64,000 nt of DNA from an uncultured Collinsella sp. (GTDB taxonomy: Bacteria; Actinomycetota; Coriobacteriia; Coriobacteriales; Coriobacteriaceae), in contig CAUBMI010000001.1 of NCBI GenBank assembly GCA_958436995.1, positions 9,068 to 73,067 on the forward strand. The letters are read 5' to 3'. The translations under genes were made by a program, and so were the position numbers. The notes beneath the pieces were generated by a model. The model made no database searches, was not told where the DNA came from, and saw nothing but the letters and a program-made list of their open reading frames with translations. Of this stretch, positions 58,958 to 64,000 are shown piece after piece (the stretch's first letter is position 1; each line of letters begins with the position of its first letter).

Positions 58958-59392
58958 CTAGATGTCGTCGTCCTCGTCGTCGGCGTCATCGGTCGGGACA
59001 ACGAGCTCGGACATACCGTTCTTGCCCTCCTGCAGCATCATCTGCTTGAGGGAATCCAGGTCCATGGTGGCAAGCCCCATCATGGCGGTCATAGCCATGG
59101 GCAGATTCATACCGCCGAAGGCAATGGTGTGGGCGAGCAAACCCTTCTCGGCCAGCGTGTTCATGGCATTGGTGAGCGGCGATCCGCCCAGGATGTCACC
59201 AAGCAGGACAACCTCGTCATCGGCGGTAACGGGAGCGAGCATCGCCTTGACGTTCTCGACATACTCGTCAGCGCCCATGCCGTCCACGAGACTCGTCGAC
59301 AAGATGTTCGGGGCGTCATTGCCGAGCATCTTGAGGACACTGTGCAGTCCGGGAGCGAGCGTTCCGTGACTGACCATTACCAGATACCGCAT
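58958..59392 (-). CDS. PTS mannose/fructose/sorbose family IIA
   Basis: VSHG, DILGGSP, GMNLPM. Confidence 0.92.
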   Translation of the reverse strand: MRYLVMVSHGTLAPGLHSVLKMLGNDAPNILSTSLVDGMGADEYVENVKAMLAPVTADDEVVLLGDILGGSPLTNAMNTLAEKGLLAHTIAFGGMNLPMAMTAMMGLATMDLDSLKQMMLQEGKNGMSELVVPTDDADDEDDDI

Positions 59393-59476
59393 GCGGTCTC
59401 CTCTCGACCTGCCGTGTGTCGCACGGCTTTGCTTTTTGCTGAGATTATTGTTGCGCCGGGGCATGTTCGGTACAAG

Positions 59477-59527
59477 AAAATAGTTGCGAACGGCAACTAT
59501 TCATCGGTTAACGGTAGCGACTATTTT
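59477..59527. promoter_or_regulatory. Candidate operator in divergent PTS/gntR promoter region
   Basis: AATAGTTGC-N5-GCAACTATT plus a second GCGACTATTTT half-site in an AT-rich intergenic region. Confidence 0.45.
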
Positions 59528-59700
59528 TGTGCCTAAATTATTTTTCCTTCTAATTATTTTTAAAATAGCAGGTAGATTGCCTGATAAATGTTTTATGTTC
59601 CTTATGCACCATACATACCAGCAAGAATCGGGCCTGGCATCTCCGGTTTGCCCCGCAGTGTCAGACCATGTCACGTACGCCCACGACATGGAGGTACCCC

Positions 59701-60483
59701 ATGGATATGATCTCGTTTCTCGCCTCCGAACCCTTCGACCGCAGCGGTGATACGCCGCTCTATGTCCAGCTTAAACATCGAATCGCTCTGCTTATCGCCA
59801 GCCAGGCGTTCGACACCAAGACGCCGCTGCCACGCGAGCTCGAAATCTGTGAGCGGCTGGAGTTATCGCGCGCGACCGTGCGCCGTTGCTTCCAAGATCT
59901 CGTCATCGAGGGGCGCGTGGTGCGCAAGCGCGGCCAGGGCACGTTCATCAAGCCCCAAACTTCAGCACCCGGCATCGACCTGGCCCTGAATTTCAGCGCG
60001 CGGATGCGCGAAGCGGGACGGGTTCCGAGCTCGCAGATTCTCGCCTTTTCAAGCATACCGGCCGTCCGCGGCATCGCCTCCGGGCTCAAAGTGCCCGAAG
60101 GGACACCCGTCTGGGAGATTCGCCGCCTGCGTCTCGCCAACGACAAACCCATGGAGCTCAACTACGTCTATATCCCCGTGTCACTTTGCCCCGAGCTCAC
60201 GCGCAAAGACGTGGATGGCTCGCTCTACGCCTACATCGCGGAAAAGACCGGCATCCTGCCCGCAAGCGTCGATGCCGTCTACGAGACGGTCAACCTCGAC
60301 AAGCATGAGGCGCGTCTTTTGGGACAGAACACCGGTAAGGCGGCGATGCGCATCGTGCGTTCGACCTACGACAAGACGGGAACCCCGTTCGAGGTGGGCG
60401 TGCTCATCAGCTGCGACGGTCAGGCAAAGCTGCACGTGCACATCGCCGCCGACAAAACAACCTTCACCGCCACAGCCCAATAA
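59701..60483 (+). CDS. GntR/HutC-family regulator (wHTH + UTRA)
   Basis: PLYVQL, LP.ELE, LSRATVR, RGQGTF, RLRLAND.P, SLY. Confidence 0.9.
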   Translation: MDMISFLASEPFDRSGDTPLYVQLKHRIALLIASQAFDTKTPLPRELEICERLELSRATVRRCFQDLVIEGRVVRKRGQGTFIKPQTSAPGIDLALNFSARMREAGRVPSSQILAFSSIPAVRGIASGLKVPEGTPVWEIRRLRLANDKPMELNYVYIPVSLCPELTRKDVDGSLYAYIAEKTGILPASVDAVYETVNLDKHEARLLGQNTGKAAMRIVRSTYDKTGTPFEVGVLISCDGQAKLHVHIAADKTTFTATAQ

Positions 60484-60492
60484 ATCCAAAAC

Positions 60493-60528
60493 GTGGGCGC
60501 CGTCGTTCAAACGAACGACGGCGCCCAC
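60493..60528 (+). terminator. Hairpin after gntR
   Basis: GTGGGCGCCGTCGTTC...GAACGACGGCGCCCAC perfect stem. Confidence 0.65.
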
Positions 60529-60621
60529 ACTCATTTTCTATTCAGCCCTAGTCATCGCACAAAGCCCCTTCGGCAGTACACGGTGCAACCGAGTCACCGT
60601 AGGCCGGGGCGGGAGGCGGTC

Positions 60622-60665
60622 CTTTCTCTCGGAAAACTTCGCGAAGCCCAGTTTCCGAGAGAAAG
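60622..60665. repeat. 44-bp hairpin repeat, copy 2 (inverted relative to 55379)
   Basis: Reverse complement CTTTCTCTCGGAAACTGGGCTTCGCGAAGTTTTCCGAGAGAAAG. Confidence 0.85.
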
Positions 60666-60698
60666 TGTCCGGCTGCCGCCCCGGCCGACCAGGTCACA

Positions 60699-64000
<3,302 letters not shown>

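Overview
High-GC actinobacterial chromosome segment; gene content suggests Coriobacteriia, Collinsella-like (inference). The left ~13.6 kb is accessory. It holds a minus-strand operon of three SipW-class-signal-peptide proteins followed by a >2,980-aa secreted GLUG-like repeat protein that runs off the window and is missing from the ORF track, plus an AAA_14/DUF4143 ATPase preceded by a 23-bp-period repeat array. The remainder is mostly housekeeping or metabolic: a HGDR-motif BilR-like ene-reductase, tRNA-fMet, coaX, a degenerate BirA homolog, a folP-folK fusion, cobB, xth, an ECF transporter, glmU, prs, pth, nfnAB, a polar amino-acid ABC transporter, yqeY, prsA, a RelB/PIN TA pair, purNMF, purE, a class B sortase, a 2.1-kaa wall-anchored GH31, a Man-family PTS with GntR and MarR regulators, and carB (partial). 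The strongest unexplained signal is a set of fixed-geometry inverted-repeat elements whose motifs and spacing are conserved while the filler is not. These are two 6-motif ladders spaced 40/40/40/41/40 bp, two exactly 204-bp TIR elements bracketing a DUF559/Vsr-like nuclease gene inserted between prs and pth, a similar element in frame inside an ABC ATPase, and several REP-like hairpin families. No CRISPR-Cas and no intact transposase were seen.
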